From Candidatus Uhrbacteria bacterium RIFCSPLOWO2_01_FULL_47_17 (lineage in GTDB: Bacteria > Patescibacteriota > Patescibacteriia > UBA9934 > GWF2-40-263), in assembly GCA_001791305.1 (NCBI GenBank), contig MGEI01000005.1:404208-468207 (forward strand): a stretch of DNA of 64,000 nt. Reading direction: 5' to 3'. Within the stretch, counting starts at the first letter, position 1. Every line of letters starts with the position of its first letter. Made by a program: the position numbers and the translations under genes. The notes under the pieces are model-generated. The model was not told where the DNA came from. It saw only the letters and a program-made list of their open reading frames with translations, and did not search any database. This document shows positions 19,373-28,865 of this stretch, piece by piece.

Positions 19373-20257
19373 TCAAGCCGCTTGCGCGTCTGTGTTTGCG
19401 GCACGTTGCGGCTTAAAGAGAAAAAAATTTCGGACTTGTTTCACCTCGTCATCGATCCGAAAGTCGAATGTGTAGGGAATCGTCATTTGACAAGGGTGAA
19501 ACACATATCCCGGATACTGCTCATGGATGCGGGCCATGCCTTCCTGAAGACGCCGTGTCCAATCATCTGCAGAATCTTGGGTGCTGACATTTTCCTGATG
19601 GCGAACACGTTCGATCTGAAACGTTTTGTCTGTTGGATTTGCTTGTTTCACTTGGAGACAAGTCACTGCTTCGTTTTTTTCGCTGAAGACGAACAGATCA
19701 ATTCCAAGCATATATGATTCATAGACGCTTGGTAAATACATCCAGCACTCGTCGAGTTCTGAAATGATTTCGATGGTCTGTGCGCATGCGTGCGCGTAGT
19801 CGCAGCTCATGTTCCAGATGTTCGATCGGATCCCGGGCAGGGCGCCGATTTTGAGCACGCTCGGAATATCTTTCGGATCAAGATCCAAAAAGAGTTCAAC
19901 GAGTTTCTGCTTACACATGGCAACAAGAACGCTGTGAGATCTACGTTCATTGTCCGAGAATTGCGGGTGCATGAAGTGGAACGTCATGCGGTGCAAGATG
20001 ATCGCTTCAAACAGACATTTTTCCACTTCCGACAGCTGCTTTCTGAACGCGATGTATGTGGAGTCGAGCACGCGCTGAAAGAATGCGTTGTGTGTTTGCA
20101 CATGTCGTGTTTTCGAAAGCTCGGGCGCTTCCGGGAGATAGACAGGTTTGTTTTGCAAAAAGTCTTCCACACGACGCAAAATATCTGGCGTGAACATTTT
20201 GCTTCCGCGCACAAGACAGATTTCGTGATGAGTACGCAAGAATGTGTCGAGCATCAC
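19373..20257 (-). CDS. Hypothetical protein, possible PD-(D/E)xK fold
   Basis: 294-aa ORF, GAGG SD before GTG, GIDL...LQVK. Confidence 0.6.
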   Translation of the reverse strand: MMLDTFLRTHHEICLVRGSKMFTPDILRRVEDFLQNKPVYLPEAPELSKTRHVQTHNAFFQRVLDSTYIAFRKQLSEVEKCLFEAIILHRMTFHFMHPQFSDNERRSHSVLVAMCKQKLVELFLDLDPKDIPSVLKIGALPGIRSNIWNMSCDYAHACAQTIEIISELDECWMYLPSVYESYMLGIDLFVFSEKNEAVTCLQVKQANPTDKTFQIERVRHQENVSTQDSADDWTRRLQEGMARIHEQYPGYVFHPCQMTIPYTFDFRIDDEVKQVRNFFLFKPQRAANTDAQAA

Positions 20258-20365
20258 CTACCTCATGGAGATGGATATCCCATCTCATCTAAAAAGGACG
20301 ATATGGAAGACTACCAACAGAATCCGGTTGCGTCAAGCCTTTTTGTTCGATATGATCCTTTTACT

Positions 20366-23209
20366 ATGAGCTATAACCATCAGGAAATTGAAAAGAAATG
20401 GCAGGCCAAATGGGCGGCCAATCGAGCGGGTCATGTTGACGAGGCCGCGTCGAGAGACAACGCGCTCTATTATTTGATCATGTTTCCGTACCCATCTGGA
20501 TCTGGTTTGCACGTGGGACACGTGGAATCGCAAGCCGCGATCGATATTTTGGCTCGCATGGAACGCATGCGTGGAAAAAATGTGTTGTGTCCGATCGGAT
20601 ACGATGCCTTCGGTTTGCCCGCCGAGAATTATGCGATCAAGACGGGAGTACACCCTGCCGAGACCACAAAAAAAGCGATCGAGAATTTTCATAACCAAAT
20701 GCAATCGCTTGGTCTTTCGTTTGATTGGTCACGCGAAATTTCGACGGCTGATCCGGAATATTACAAATGGACGCAATGGTTATTTTTGTTGTTCTACAAA
20801 AACGGATTGGCGTACAGAAAAAAATCTCCCGTGAACTGGTGCGAAGGATGCCATACGGTTCTTGCAAACGAGCAGGTTGTCGCGGGAGCTTGTGAGCGTT
20901 GCGGGACGGTTGTTGTGCAAAAAGAGTTGGAGCAATGGTTTTTTCATATCACAAAATATGCAGATCGACTTCTTGCGGGATTGGATTCGATCGACTGGCC
21001 AGAGAAGATTAAGTCGATGCAACGCAACTGGATTGGGAAGAGTGTGGGGGCAGAGATAAACTTTTTAGTGATGAGTGATGAGGGATCAGGGATCAGTGAT
21101 CAGGCGAAAGATTCCCTCAAGTTTACACCGGAGCTAACCGAGTTAATTTATTCAGGAAAAAAGACCAACACGATTCGTTTGGAGAAAAAGAATTTGCAAG
21201 TTGGTGACACGGTTCGACTCATGACTCGATTGAGTGCAACAGAAACGCATTCATTCGCGTTTGCGAAAATTACGGGTGTTGATTTGATAAAGCTGAACGA
21301 CATCTCACTTGATCTCAAAGGACACGAAAGATATGAATCACGAGAAGCCATGTTAAAAAGTTATCAAGATTTTTATGGTGCAACTGTTTCGTTAGAAACA
21401 GAATTTGTTCTTTATCACTTTGCGAACGTTACGCCGCTCATTACCGTCTTCACCACACGCCCAGACACACTCTTCGGCGCAACCTATCTCGTTCTCGCGC
21501 CCGAACACGCACTCGTCGATCAGATCGTCACAGACGAACATCGATCCGAGATCGACACGTATCGAATCGCTGCATCAAAAAAGTCTGTGCTTGAACGAAC
21601 GGAATTACAAAAAGAAAAGACGGGAGTCTTCACAGGTGCCTATGCAATCAATCCGGCAAATGGAGAACAGATTCCAGTCTGGATCGCGGATTATGTGATC
21701 ACAACTTACGGAACAGGAGCGATTATGGCGGTACCCGCACACGATGCGCGCGATTTTGAGTTTGCAAAGAAATATGAGTTGCCAATCAAAGTTGTCGTGA
21801 AGCCGGCCGTGCTGCAAACGCTCATGTCCGAGACTCTCGCAGTCTCTCACGGTGCACAGTCTTCCGTCGAGATCGTCTCGGATTGTTTTACAGAACAAGG
21901 AATTGCGATCAACTCCGCGTTTCTCGATGGCCTCTCGACTGCGGACGCAAAACAAAAGATGATTGCTTGGCTCGAAGAAAAACATATTGGAAATGCAAAA
22001 ACGACTTTTCGTCTCCGTGACTGGCTTGTTTCTCGCCAGCGATACTGGGGAGCGCCGATCCCGATTATTTGGTGTGAAAATTGCGGTGCGCAGCCGGTTG
22101 AGGAAGCACAGCTTCCTGTCGAACTTCCAACCGACGTCGATTTCTCCGCCATAGGCGGATCCGCCTCCGGCGGAAAACCAACAGGTGAATCACCGCTCGT
22201 CGATTCAAACACATTTCACAATGTGAAATGTCCGACGTGCGGAAAAGCCGCGCGTCGCGAATCCGACACGATGGACACGTTCGTCGATTCGTCCTGGTAC
22301 TATCTTCGCTACACAGATCCGCACAATACGAATGCGTTCGCGGACAAATCAAAAATTGATTATTGGTGCCCGGTCGACCTGTATCTCGGCGGTGCAGAAC
22401 ATGCTGTGATGCATTTGTTGTACGCGCGATTTTTTGCGTACGCGCTTCACGATCTGGGCTATCTTGGCTTCGAAGAGCCATTCTTGAAACTCAAAAATCA
22501 AGGTCTCATTCTTGGTCCGGACGGCGACAAGATGTCAAAATCAAAAGGGAACGTGGTGAACCCGGACGAGATGGTTTCCGAATATGGCGCGGACGCACTT
22601 CGTTTGTATGAAATGTTCATGGGCCCACTCGAAGACGCAAAGCCGTGGGATACGAAAGGCGTAGTCGGCGTTCGTCGTTTTCTCGATAAGGTTCACAATT
22701 TGTGCATTCGCGTTATAGGCGGGGTCCCCAGACCCCGCGACGATGCGCATACGAAATTGATTCATAAATCCATCAAAAAAATCACGTCCGATCTCGAAGA
22801 ATTAAAATTCAACACAGCCATCTCTCAGCTCATGATTGTTGTGAATGAATTCTCGAGCGCGTCTTCGATCAACAAAGAAACGTTCGAAACGTTTTTGAAA
22901 CTCCTCGCGCCTCTCGCACCACACCTCGCCGAGGAACTGTGGGAGAAGCTTGGACACACGACGTCGATCTTTGCAGAGTCATGGCCTGTGTTCGATTCAA
23001 CACTCATCGTCGACGATGTGGTCGACATGGGTGTTCAAGTAAATGGAAAAGTTCGCGGGACGATCTCGCTTGCACCAAGTGCGGACGAGGCCACGGCAAA
23101 AGAACTCGCGTTTGCAAATGTGAATGTGATGAAATGGATTGATGGCAAAGAGATTATGAAGATTGTGTATGTGCCAGGAAAGATTTTTAACATTGTTGTA
23201 AAGGAATAG
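20366..23209 (+). CDS. leuS: Leucine--tRNA ligase with inserted ASCH domain
   Basis: MFPYPSGSGLHVGH, FTTRPDT, GTGAIMAVPAHD, KMSKSKGN; start at MSYNHQEIEKKWQ. Confidence 0.97.
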   Translation: MSYNHQEIEKKWQAKWAANRAGHVDEAASRDNALYYLIMFPYPSGSGLHVGHVESQAAIDILARMERMRGKNVLCPIGYDAFGLPAENYAIKTGVHPAETTKKAIENFHNQMQSLGLSFDWSREISTADPEYYKWTQWLFLLFYKNGLAYRKKSPVNWCEGCHTVLANEQVVAGACERCGTVVVQKELEQWFFHITKYADRLLAGLDSIDWPEKIKSMQRNWIGKSVGAEINFLVMSDEGSGISDQAKDSLKFTPELTELIYSGKKTNTIRLEKKNLQVGDTVRLMTRLSATETHSFAFAKITGVDLIKLNDISLDLKGHERYESREAMLKSYQDFYGATVSLETEFVLYHFANVTPLITVFTTRPDTLFGATYLVLAPEHALVDQIVTDEHRSEIDTYRIAASKKSVLERTELQKEKTGVFTGAYAINPANGEQIPVWIADYVITTYGTGAIMAVPAHDARDFEFAKKYELPIKVVVKPAVLQTLMSETLAVSHGAQSSVEIVSDCFTEQGIAINSAFLDGLSTADAKQKMIAWLEEKHIGNAKTTFRLRDWLVSRQRYWGAPIPIIWCENCGAQPVEEAQLPVELPTDVDFSAIGGSASGGKPTGESPLVDSNTFHNVKCPTCGKAARRESDTMDTFVDSSWYYLRYTDPHNTNAFADKSKIDYWCPVDLYLGGAEHAVMHLLYARFFAYALHDLGYLGFEEPFLKLKNQGLILGPDGDKMSKSKGNVVNPDEMVSEYGADALRLYEMFMGPLEDAKPWDTKGVVGVRRFLDKVHNLCIRVIGGVPRPRDDAHTKLIHKSIKKITSDLEELKFNTAISQLMIVVNEFSSASSINKETFETFLKLLAPLAPHLAEELWEKLGHTTSIFAESWPVFDSTLIVDDVVDMGVQVNGKVRGTISLAPSADEATAKELAFANVNVMKWIDGKEIMKIVYVPGKIFNIVVKE
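22145..22174 (+). repeat. Twin 15-bp palindromes in frame in leuS (SAIGG-SASGG)
   Basis: TCCGCCATAGGCGGA-TCCGCCTCCGGCGGA. Confidence 0.75.
22712..22743 (+). repeat. REP-like palindrome in frame in leuS (VIGGVPRPRD)
   Basis: GTTATAGGCGGGGTCCCCAGACCCCGCGACGA, near-identical to intergenic 34036-34067 and reverse copy 26057-26083. Confidence 0.85.
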
Positions 23210-23212
23210 GGT

Positions 23213-24523
23213 ATGAACTTGGTGATCATCGGCACGGGCTATGTTGGCCTTACGTCTGCGCTCGGATATACACAACTCGGTCATCGTGTTGCGTGTGTTG
23301 ATGTGAATGCGGAAAAAATTGCGCAATTGGATCTGGGACATGTTCCGTTTTTTGAATCGGGTTTATCGGATGTTCTTCATACAGCGCAAGAAGCCGGTTC
23401 GATTATTTTTACGACAGACCTCGCATCTGTTTTGTCCGAAGCGGAACTTGTGTTGTTTGCCGTTGGAACACCGTCGGCCTCTACGGGCGAAGCGAACTTG
23501 TCGTTTTTATTGCATGCAGCGCGTGATGTTGGTCGTCATTTGGATCACGAAGTATTGCTCGTCGTGAAGAGTACGGTTCCGGTCGGAACAAATCGTCGTG
23601 TTCTTGAGGTCGCGCGCGAGGCGATGACCGTTGCCGGTCGAGGAGATCTCACAAGTTTGATTCAAATCGCGTCGCTCCCAGAATTTTTGCGAGAGGGAAG
23701 TGCCATTGCGGATTTTATGGCGCCGGAGCGAATCGTTGTTGGCGCGGATGATGACGTTGCCTATCGACTTGTGGAAGAACTCCATCGCGGCATTCAAACC
23801 ACATGGGTGAAGACAACGATCGAGACAGCAGAGCTTACGAAGTACGCGGCGAACGCAATGCTCGCAACAAAGATTTCGTTTATCAATGAGATCGCAAATA
23901 TCGCAGAGCGCACCGGAGCGAATGTGGTCGACATTGCGCATGCGATCGGACTCGACTCGAGAATCGGGCCGCATTTTTTGAACGCAGGCATCGGCTACGG
24001 TGGTTCATGCTTCCCGAAGGACGTCTCGGCGCTGCGACAAATTGCGGGCGCGAATGGATATGATTTTAAATTGTTGTCTGCTGTGATTGAGGTGAACAAT
24101 CATCAACGCGATCTTTTTTTGAAAAAAATTCAAGAGATGCTTGGAAACATGAAGGGCCGACGCATTGCGGTCTGGGGACTCGCGTTCAAACCGGGAACAG
24201 ATGATGTGCGTGAATCGGCGGCGATTGATCTTGTACGAAGACTCTACGCGATCGGTGCGGAAGTTTGCGCGTTTGATCCGCAAGCGATCGAGACGGCGCG
24301 AAAAATTTTGCCGGATGGAATTCAGTTCGCGGGAACCGCGATCGATGCAGCCGAAGGGGCAGAAGCACTCATCGTTCTTACCGAGTGGCCAGAGTTCCGC
24401 GATGTTTCATTCTCGACCCTCAAAGCACGCATGCTCGATCCGATTGTTTTTGATGGACGCAACTGCCTGAAAGATGCACACCTCGAAAAATTTGGATTCA
24501 CCTATGTTGGTGTCGGTATTTAA
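23213..24523 (+). CDS. ugd: UDP-glucose 6-dehydrogenase
   Basis: GTGYVG, KSTVPVG, PEFLREG, GYGGSCFPKD, FKPGTDDVRES. Confidence 0.94.
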   Translation: MNLVIIGTGYVGLTSALGYTQLGHRVACVDVNAEKIAQLDLGHVPFFESGLSDVLHTAQEAGSIIFTTDLASVLSEAELVLFAVGTPSASTGEANLSFLLHAARDVGRHLDHEVLLVVKSTVPVGTNRRVLEVAREAMTVAGRGDLTSLIQIASLPEFLREGSAIADFMAPERIVVGADDDVAYRLVEELHRGIQTTWVKTTIETAELTKYAANAMLATKISFINEIANIAERTGANVVDIAHAIGLDSRIGPHFLNAGIGYGGSCFPKDVSALRQIAGANGYDFKLLSAVIEVNNHQRDLFLKKIQEMLGNMKGRRIAVWGLAFKPGTDDVRESAAIDLVRRLYAIGAEVCAFDPQAIETARKILPDGIQFAGTAIDAAEGAEALIVLTEWPEFRDVSFSTLKARMLDPIVFDGRNCLKDAHLEKFGFTYVGVGI

Positions 24524-26036
24524 AAAGATCACAACATCGCCATCAAGAACATTCGCCCTTCTCGCGGCGATGTTTTGTTTCGGCATCCTCGTAGGTCCAC
24601 TCGCGATCGGCATCTCGACGTCGGTCTTCGGCGTGCTCCTCGCGATCTGTCTCCTGAGCTTCTCATTCATAGCCCCCTCTCCCTTCGAGGGAGAGGGCGG
24701 GGGGAGAGGGGTCACAAGTGCATCTTCTCGAAACACATTCCGCATCTTATGCCTTGCTCTCTTCTTCCTCGTCTTGGGATTATTTTGCTACCAACAAAGT
24801 GAAATTCCAAAAAACATTCCCACGGTTCGTGACTTCACCGGTTCTCAGATCCGCATCGAAGGTGATGTGATCGCCGAGTCATCCATCAAAACAAAATCAC
24901 AACAAGTGACAATTGGTCGCGTGAAAGTTGCTGACGTGCCCGTATTCGGAAACGTGCTCGTAACTGTCTTGAGGGAACAGTCGATCGCATACGGCGATCA
25001 CCTCGTCTTCTCTTGCTCCATGCAAATTCCACGACCATTCAGTGGATTCGCGTATGATCGCTTCCTCCAAGCAAAGGGAACCTTTGCGCTTTGTCGCTTT
25101 CCGCACGATCTCGAACGCGCGCCCTCGAATGCGTTCTCGCTTGTTGCTTCGATCCTCACATTCAAACGAGACGTTGTCTCAACCATGAAACACGTCTTTC
25201 CCGAACCGCATGCTTCGTTCCTCTTTGGTCTCGTCTTCGGAGGAAATGTTGGTCTTGAGCGAACGATCCAAGACGAGTTTCGAGAAACCGGCATGTCACA
25301 CATCCTCGCCGCCTCCGGTTTCAATGTCTCGCTTTTCACCTTCGTCTTCTTCGGCTGGATCGTTCAGCACCTCGGCCGTAAACGCGGCGCGATCGCAACC
25401 GCAATTTTGCTCGCTGTGTATGTGATCATGGCCGGCGCAACCGCCGCCGTGGTTCGCGCCGCAATCTTCGGAGGTGTTCTCCTTATCGGTTCCATGATCG
25501 GGCGACGCGCGTCGATCGTGAATACGCTTCTGCTCACCGCATCCGTCATGTTGTTTTACAATCCGCGTTGGCTCCTCGACGACGTTGGTTTTCAACTCTC
25601 GTTCGTCGCCTTCGCCGCAATCATTTTCATCGCGCCGCGTCTCGAAGAAAAACTCGAGTTCGTTCCCGAACACATCGGCATCCGCAACGCCCTCGCCGGT
25701 TCACTCTCTGCAATTTTTCTCACGCTTCCCATCATCCTCTGGCAGTTCGGCTCGATCTCGCTTGTCGCCCCATTCGCAAACGTTTTCGTGCTCCCACTCG
25801 TTCCATTCCTCATGTTCTACACAATCGCGATTCTGCCGATCGCCTGGCTTTCGACTTCCATCGGACAACTCATCGCTCTGCCGGCGCTCTTCGGATCGAA
25901 ATACATTCTCGCGATAGTCTCGATATTCGCCTCGCCAACATTCGCCTCCGTTTCCGTTCCGTTCGCGCAGACAGCCGCGGTCATCGTTGTGATTGGGCTC
26001 GCCATCGGATCCGTTGTCTTTTTTCGACGGGCGTGA
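24504..26036 (+). CDS. comEC: ComEC/Rec2 competence membrane protein (no C-terminal MBL domain)
   Basis: DUF4131-like OB region, GMSHILAASGFN, VVRA, GFQLSF, PFANV. Confidence 0.9.
   Translation: MLVSVFKKITTSPSRTFALLAAMFCFGILVGPLAIGISTSVFGVLLAICLLSFSFIAPSPFEGEGGGRGVTSASSRNTFRILCLALFFLVLGLFCYQQSEIPKNIPTVRDFTGSQIRIEGDVIAESSIKTKSQQVTIGRVKVADVPVFGNVLVTVLREQSIAYGDHLVFSCSMQIPRPFSGFAYDRFLQAKGTFALCRFPHDLERAPSNAFSLVASILTFKRDVVSTMKHVFPEPHASFLFGLVFGGNVGLERTIQDEFRETGMSHILAASGFNVSLFTFVFFGWIVQHLGRKRGAIATAILLAVYVIMAGATAAVVRAAIFGGVLLIGSMIGRRASIVNTLLLTASVMLFYNPRWLLDDVGFQLSFVAFAAIIFIAPRLEEKLEFVPEHIGIRNALAGSLSAIFLTLPIILWQFGSISLVAPFANVFVLPLVPFLMFYTIAILPIAWLSTSIGQLIALPALFGSKYILAIVSIFASPTFASVSVPFAQTAAVIVVIGLAIGSVVFFRRA
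24672..24716 (+). repeat. 45-bp element in frame in comEC (APSPFEGEGGGRGVT)
   Basis: Identical to 5152-5196. Confidence 0.92.
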
Positions 26037-26056
26037 TATCTTTGCGACAAATTCAT

Positions 26057-26083
26057 GCGGGGTCAGGGGACCCCGCCTATAAC
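26057..26083 (-). repeat. REP-like palindrome upstream of ndk
   Basis: Reverse complement GTTATAGGCGGGGTCCCCTGACCCCGC. Confidence 0.8.
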
Positions 26084-26092
26084 ATAAAATGT

Positions 26093-26551
26093 ATGGCCGA
26101 CATTCAACGCACCCTCGTTTTGCTTAAACCAGACGCGCTTCAGCGTGATTTGCTTGGGGAGATTCTTACGCGTTTTGAACGCAAAGGACTCAAAATCATC
26201 GGACTCAAGTTGTTCCAACTTTCAGACGAACAACTGAATGTGCACTACGCACACCTTGCGGAAAAATCCTTCTTCGCCGATTTGAAAAATTTTATGAAGC
26301 ACACACCGGTTGTCGGAATCGTGCTTGAAGGCATGGAAGCGGTTTCCGAAGTGCGCAAAATGATTGGTTCCACAAACCCATTGCAAGCGGATGCAGGAAC
26401 CGTGCGTGCAGATTTCTCGATGAACGTTTCATCGAACTTGGTGCATGCTTCCGACAGTCTCGAGAACGCCGCGGCAGAAGTTGCACGATTCTTTAAAGAA
26501 GAAGAATTGTTTACCTACGTAAAAATTACCGATCAATATATTTTCGGATAA
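26093..26551 (+). CDS. ndk: Nucleoside diphosphate kinase
   Basis: QRTLVLLKPDA, GTVRADF, NLVHASDS. Confidence 0.96.
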   Translation: MADIQRTLVLLKPDALQRDLLGEILTRFERKGLKIIGLKLFQLSDEQLNVHYAHLAEKSFFADLKNFMKHTPVVGIVLEGMEAVSEVRKMIGSTNPLQADAGTVRADFSMNVSSNLVHASDSLENAAAEVARFFKEEELFTYVKITDQYIFG

Positions 26552-26653
26552 TGCCATAAACAGCTCTGACGTCACGTCGGGGCTTTTTTGTTTGACAAAG
26601 CCCGTTCGTTTCTTTAAGGTCAAGCTATCGTTCTTTTACCAGTCGAGGGTCGC

Positions 26654-27802
26654 ATGATTGATTGGGCAACTCTGCAAGAATGGCAAACGGATTGGTTGCA
26701 TGTGGATCCGAGTCAGATCCAAAAACGTCGCAGGTTTTTGATCGATGCGCTCAGCCGCGAGCAAACACATGTCACGCGCGCGATGAATACGCTCAGAAAT
26801 GGTCGTCTGCGTTTGGTGCGTGAGTATGCGGATATTTTTACGGATCAGCTCGAGCTTGATTCGTCCGTTTCCACAACGCTCAATCCGCACCGATTACTCG
26901 AACTTGCCGAAAAGCCGTGGGCAGATCAAAAACCAGATGCGCAACGCTGGTTTGAGTCCATCAGTCGGTTTGATCAAGCGGTCGCGGTCGCAAAAATCGA
27001 AATGTCGGATTCGTACGAAATGCTCGCGCGCGACATCAACGATCTCATGGATTTTTTATGGGGACATTTGTTTGAACCTGTTTTTGAAAAGATCGAGGTC
27101 TATTGCTATCACGATCCGGCAACTGGGTACGCTGTTTCCGCCGAAGATGTCGGCATCGGTCATCATTTGTCACGACCGGGATTAAAACGCCGCAAATCGA
27201 ATTTGACCTGTCGAAAAACCATGAAGGGTGAACTCGCGTTTTTTCGCCATCGCATCAAAGACGCGTTTGACGCGTGGCTGAAATCGCAACGACAGGTTCA
27301 TGATCCGGAGAAAAAACATCCTTACACGGTGTATGATCGCTGCGGGCTCACATTCATTGTTCCGACCATGATGGAGTTGCATGACGTAGCTCTTCAAATC
27401 GTCGAGCTGTTGCTCGATCACGGAGGAACGGAGATTGAACCGCTCGATACGAATTTTGTTGCGGAACAGTCGATCGACGCAACGAATCGTCAATCTTCAC
27501 CTGCCTACAAAGCCGCAAAGACCCTGATTCAATTTCGCGGACGCGTGTACGAATTTCAGTTCCTGACATTTCATGATTACTTCACAAGTAAGCGTTCCTT
27601 GAATGATTCAAATCATGATTTGTATCGTTTGCGACAAACGCTCAAATACTTCTTGCCACTTCTGTGGCCAAAAGAAATTTACGCGGTCGATTGGGGGAAT
27701 CCTCACATCATCTCCTCGCTCCGCAAATGGAAAATCAATCAACTTGGTTTGCGTGTGAACGGAAAACACACATCCACACATGAGTCTTCTGAAGATCCTT
27801 GA
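26654..27802 (+). CDS. Hypothetical protein with divergent RelA/SpoT-like nucleotidyltransferase domain
   Basis: RIK...K...DxxG...Y...EFQFLT...HxxYRxRQ in the order of the RelA/SpoT synthetase motifs. Confidence 0.6.
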   Translation: MIDWATLQEWQTDWLHVDPSQIQKRRRFLIDALSREQTHVTRAMNTLRNGRLRLVREYADIFTDQLELDSSVSTTLNPHRLLELAEKPWADQKPDAQRWFESISRFDQAVAVAKIEMSDSYEMLARDINDLMDFLWGHLFEPVFEKIEVYCYHDPATGYAVSAEDVGIGHHLSRPGLKRRKSNLTCRKTMKGELAFFRHRIKDAFDAWLKSQRQVHDPEKKHPYTVYDRCGLTFIVPTMMELHDVALQIVELLLDHGGTEIEPLDTNFVAEQSIDATNRQSSPAYKAAKTLIQFRGRVYEFQFLTFHDYFTSKRSLNDSNHDLYRLRQTLKYFLPLLWPKEIYAVDWGNPHIISSLRKWKINQLGLRVNGKHTSTHESSEDP

Positions 27803-27886
27803 ACGGGGATCTTTTTTTGATCGGTTGACAGGTATCACTCCATCACGTATTCTTTTGCTCGCGTGCGTGCACGCTTGGGGGTTCTC

Positions 27887-28357
27887 ATGATGACAGAATT
27901 CAAGCTCCGCTTCGGTCAGCTCACGAAAAAGGCCCGTGTGATGTTCATGGAAGGGAACATCACGTTCGGGCAGGCGCACCAGTTCTCGACGGCTCGGCAT
28001 CGGTTTCGGAAGGTGCAACTGAACGACCTCACTCGTCGTCACATCGATCATCACACCGAGATTCTCAAGTCCCTGCCGTTCATCACGTACTCGATCCAGT
28101 CGGTCGATGATTTGATGCATGAGATCTCGCGTCTTCCGCGTGCGATCCAGCATGCGATCATGAGCGGACAACTGACTCTCGTGCAAGCGCGCTACGCTCG
28201 CGAGCGCTCGCTCGGACGCAAAGACATCGCGGCGCTCACGTCGCGCAACGCAACCGATCTCATCACCGCACCCGTCACGCGCCCGGTTCGCAAAGCCCCG
28301 CGTGACCTCGTCCCGCTCCGCCGCCCGTCCTCGCCGCGCATCCCCACGCGTCGATAG
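27887..28357 (+). CDS. Hypothetical basic protein
   Basis: Promoter TTGACA...TATTCT upstream, terminator 28367-28390 downstream. Confidence 0.6.
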   Translation: MMTEFKLRFGQLTKKARVMFMEGNITFGQAHQFSTARHRFRKVQLNDLTRRHIDHHTEILKSLPFITYSIQSVDDLMHEISRLPRAIQHAIMSGQLTLVQARYARERSLGRKDIAALTSRNATDLITAPVTRPVRKAPRDLVPLRRPSSPRIPTRR

Positions 28358-28472
28358 TCTCCTCGATCCTGATTCGTCAGGGTTTTTTTGTTGTGCATAA
28401 CCAGTTCATAACAAGTGCATAAGTTTGGTTGATTTTCCTTGAGCCTTTTTCATTTTCGAGATACAGTTAAAT

Positions 28473-28737
28473 TGCCTCCCGGGCTAGCGGGTGCCCTCAA
28501 CTATGCCCTTCCAAGACGGTTTCGCGTTTTGCCTGCAAAACAAGAAACTCACGGATGTTTCTCATTTCGATGTTGGCGTCGTGGAGCGACCCCTCTACCT
28601 CAACCGCATCCAATGAGGAAGAGACGAATACTTCATCGCATTTTGTCTCTTCACCGATTTTCCTCATGGTCCTCGAGGAACACCCGTTTTCCCGCCAGGC
28701 GCCAAAAAATCCTCTTCCCTTCGGAGAGGATTTTTTG
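28473..28737 (+). ncRNA. Candidate standalone structured ncRNA (~230-260 nt)
   Basis: Promoter TTGAGC-17-TACAGT, 5'/3' closing stem 28473-28498/28675-28701, terminator 28704-28737, no convincing ORF. Confidence 0.45.
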
Positions 28738-28865
28738 ATTTTGATTGGATGATCCTTGGATTTTGGTAATCAACCAAGATTGTTTGACAAAAAGCCCAAA
28801 ACGCGATAGTCTTTTCTCTCGCGTTTTTGTTTTGCGAGACGTATTGTCATAACCACGGAGGAGAG

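Noticed and set aside
19790-20365. 192-aa N-terminal extension of LeuRS in the ORF track
   Set aside because: It is antisense to the 294-aa gene; a promoter and the typical LeuRS N-terminus point to ATG 20366.
21067-21432. Intein or intron in leuS
   Set aside because: No C/S start or HN end, no LAGLIDADG motif, frame is open; the insert looks like ASCH.
25568-26092. Long N-terminal extension of Ndk
   Set aside because: Out-of-frame overlap with comEC; Ndk homology begins at 26093.
28555-28752. 65-aa ORF and overlapping 99-aa ORF (28439-28738)
   Set aside because: No SD; they run through the promoter or terminator; an RNA structure explains the region better.
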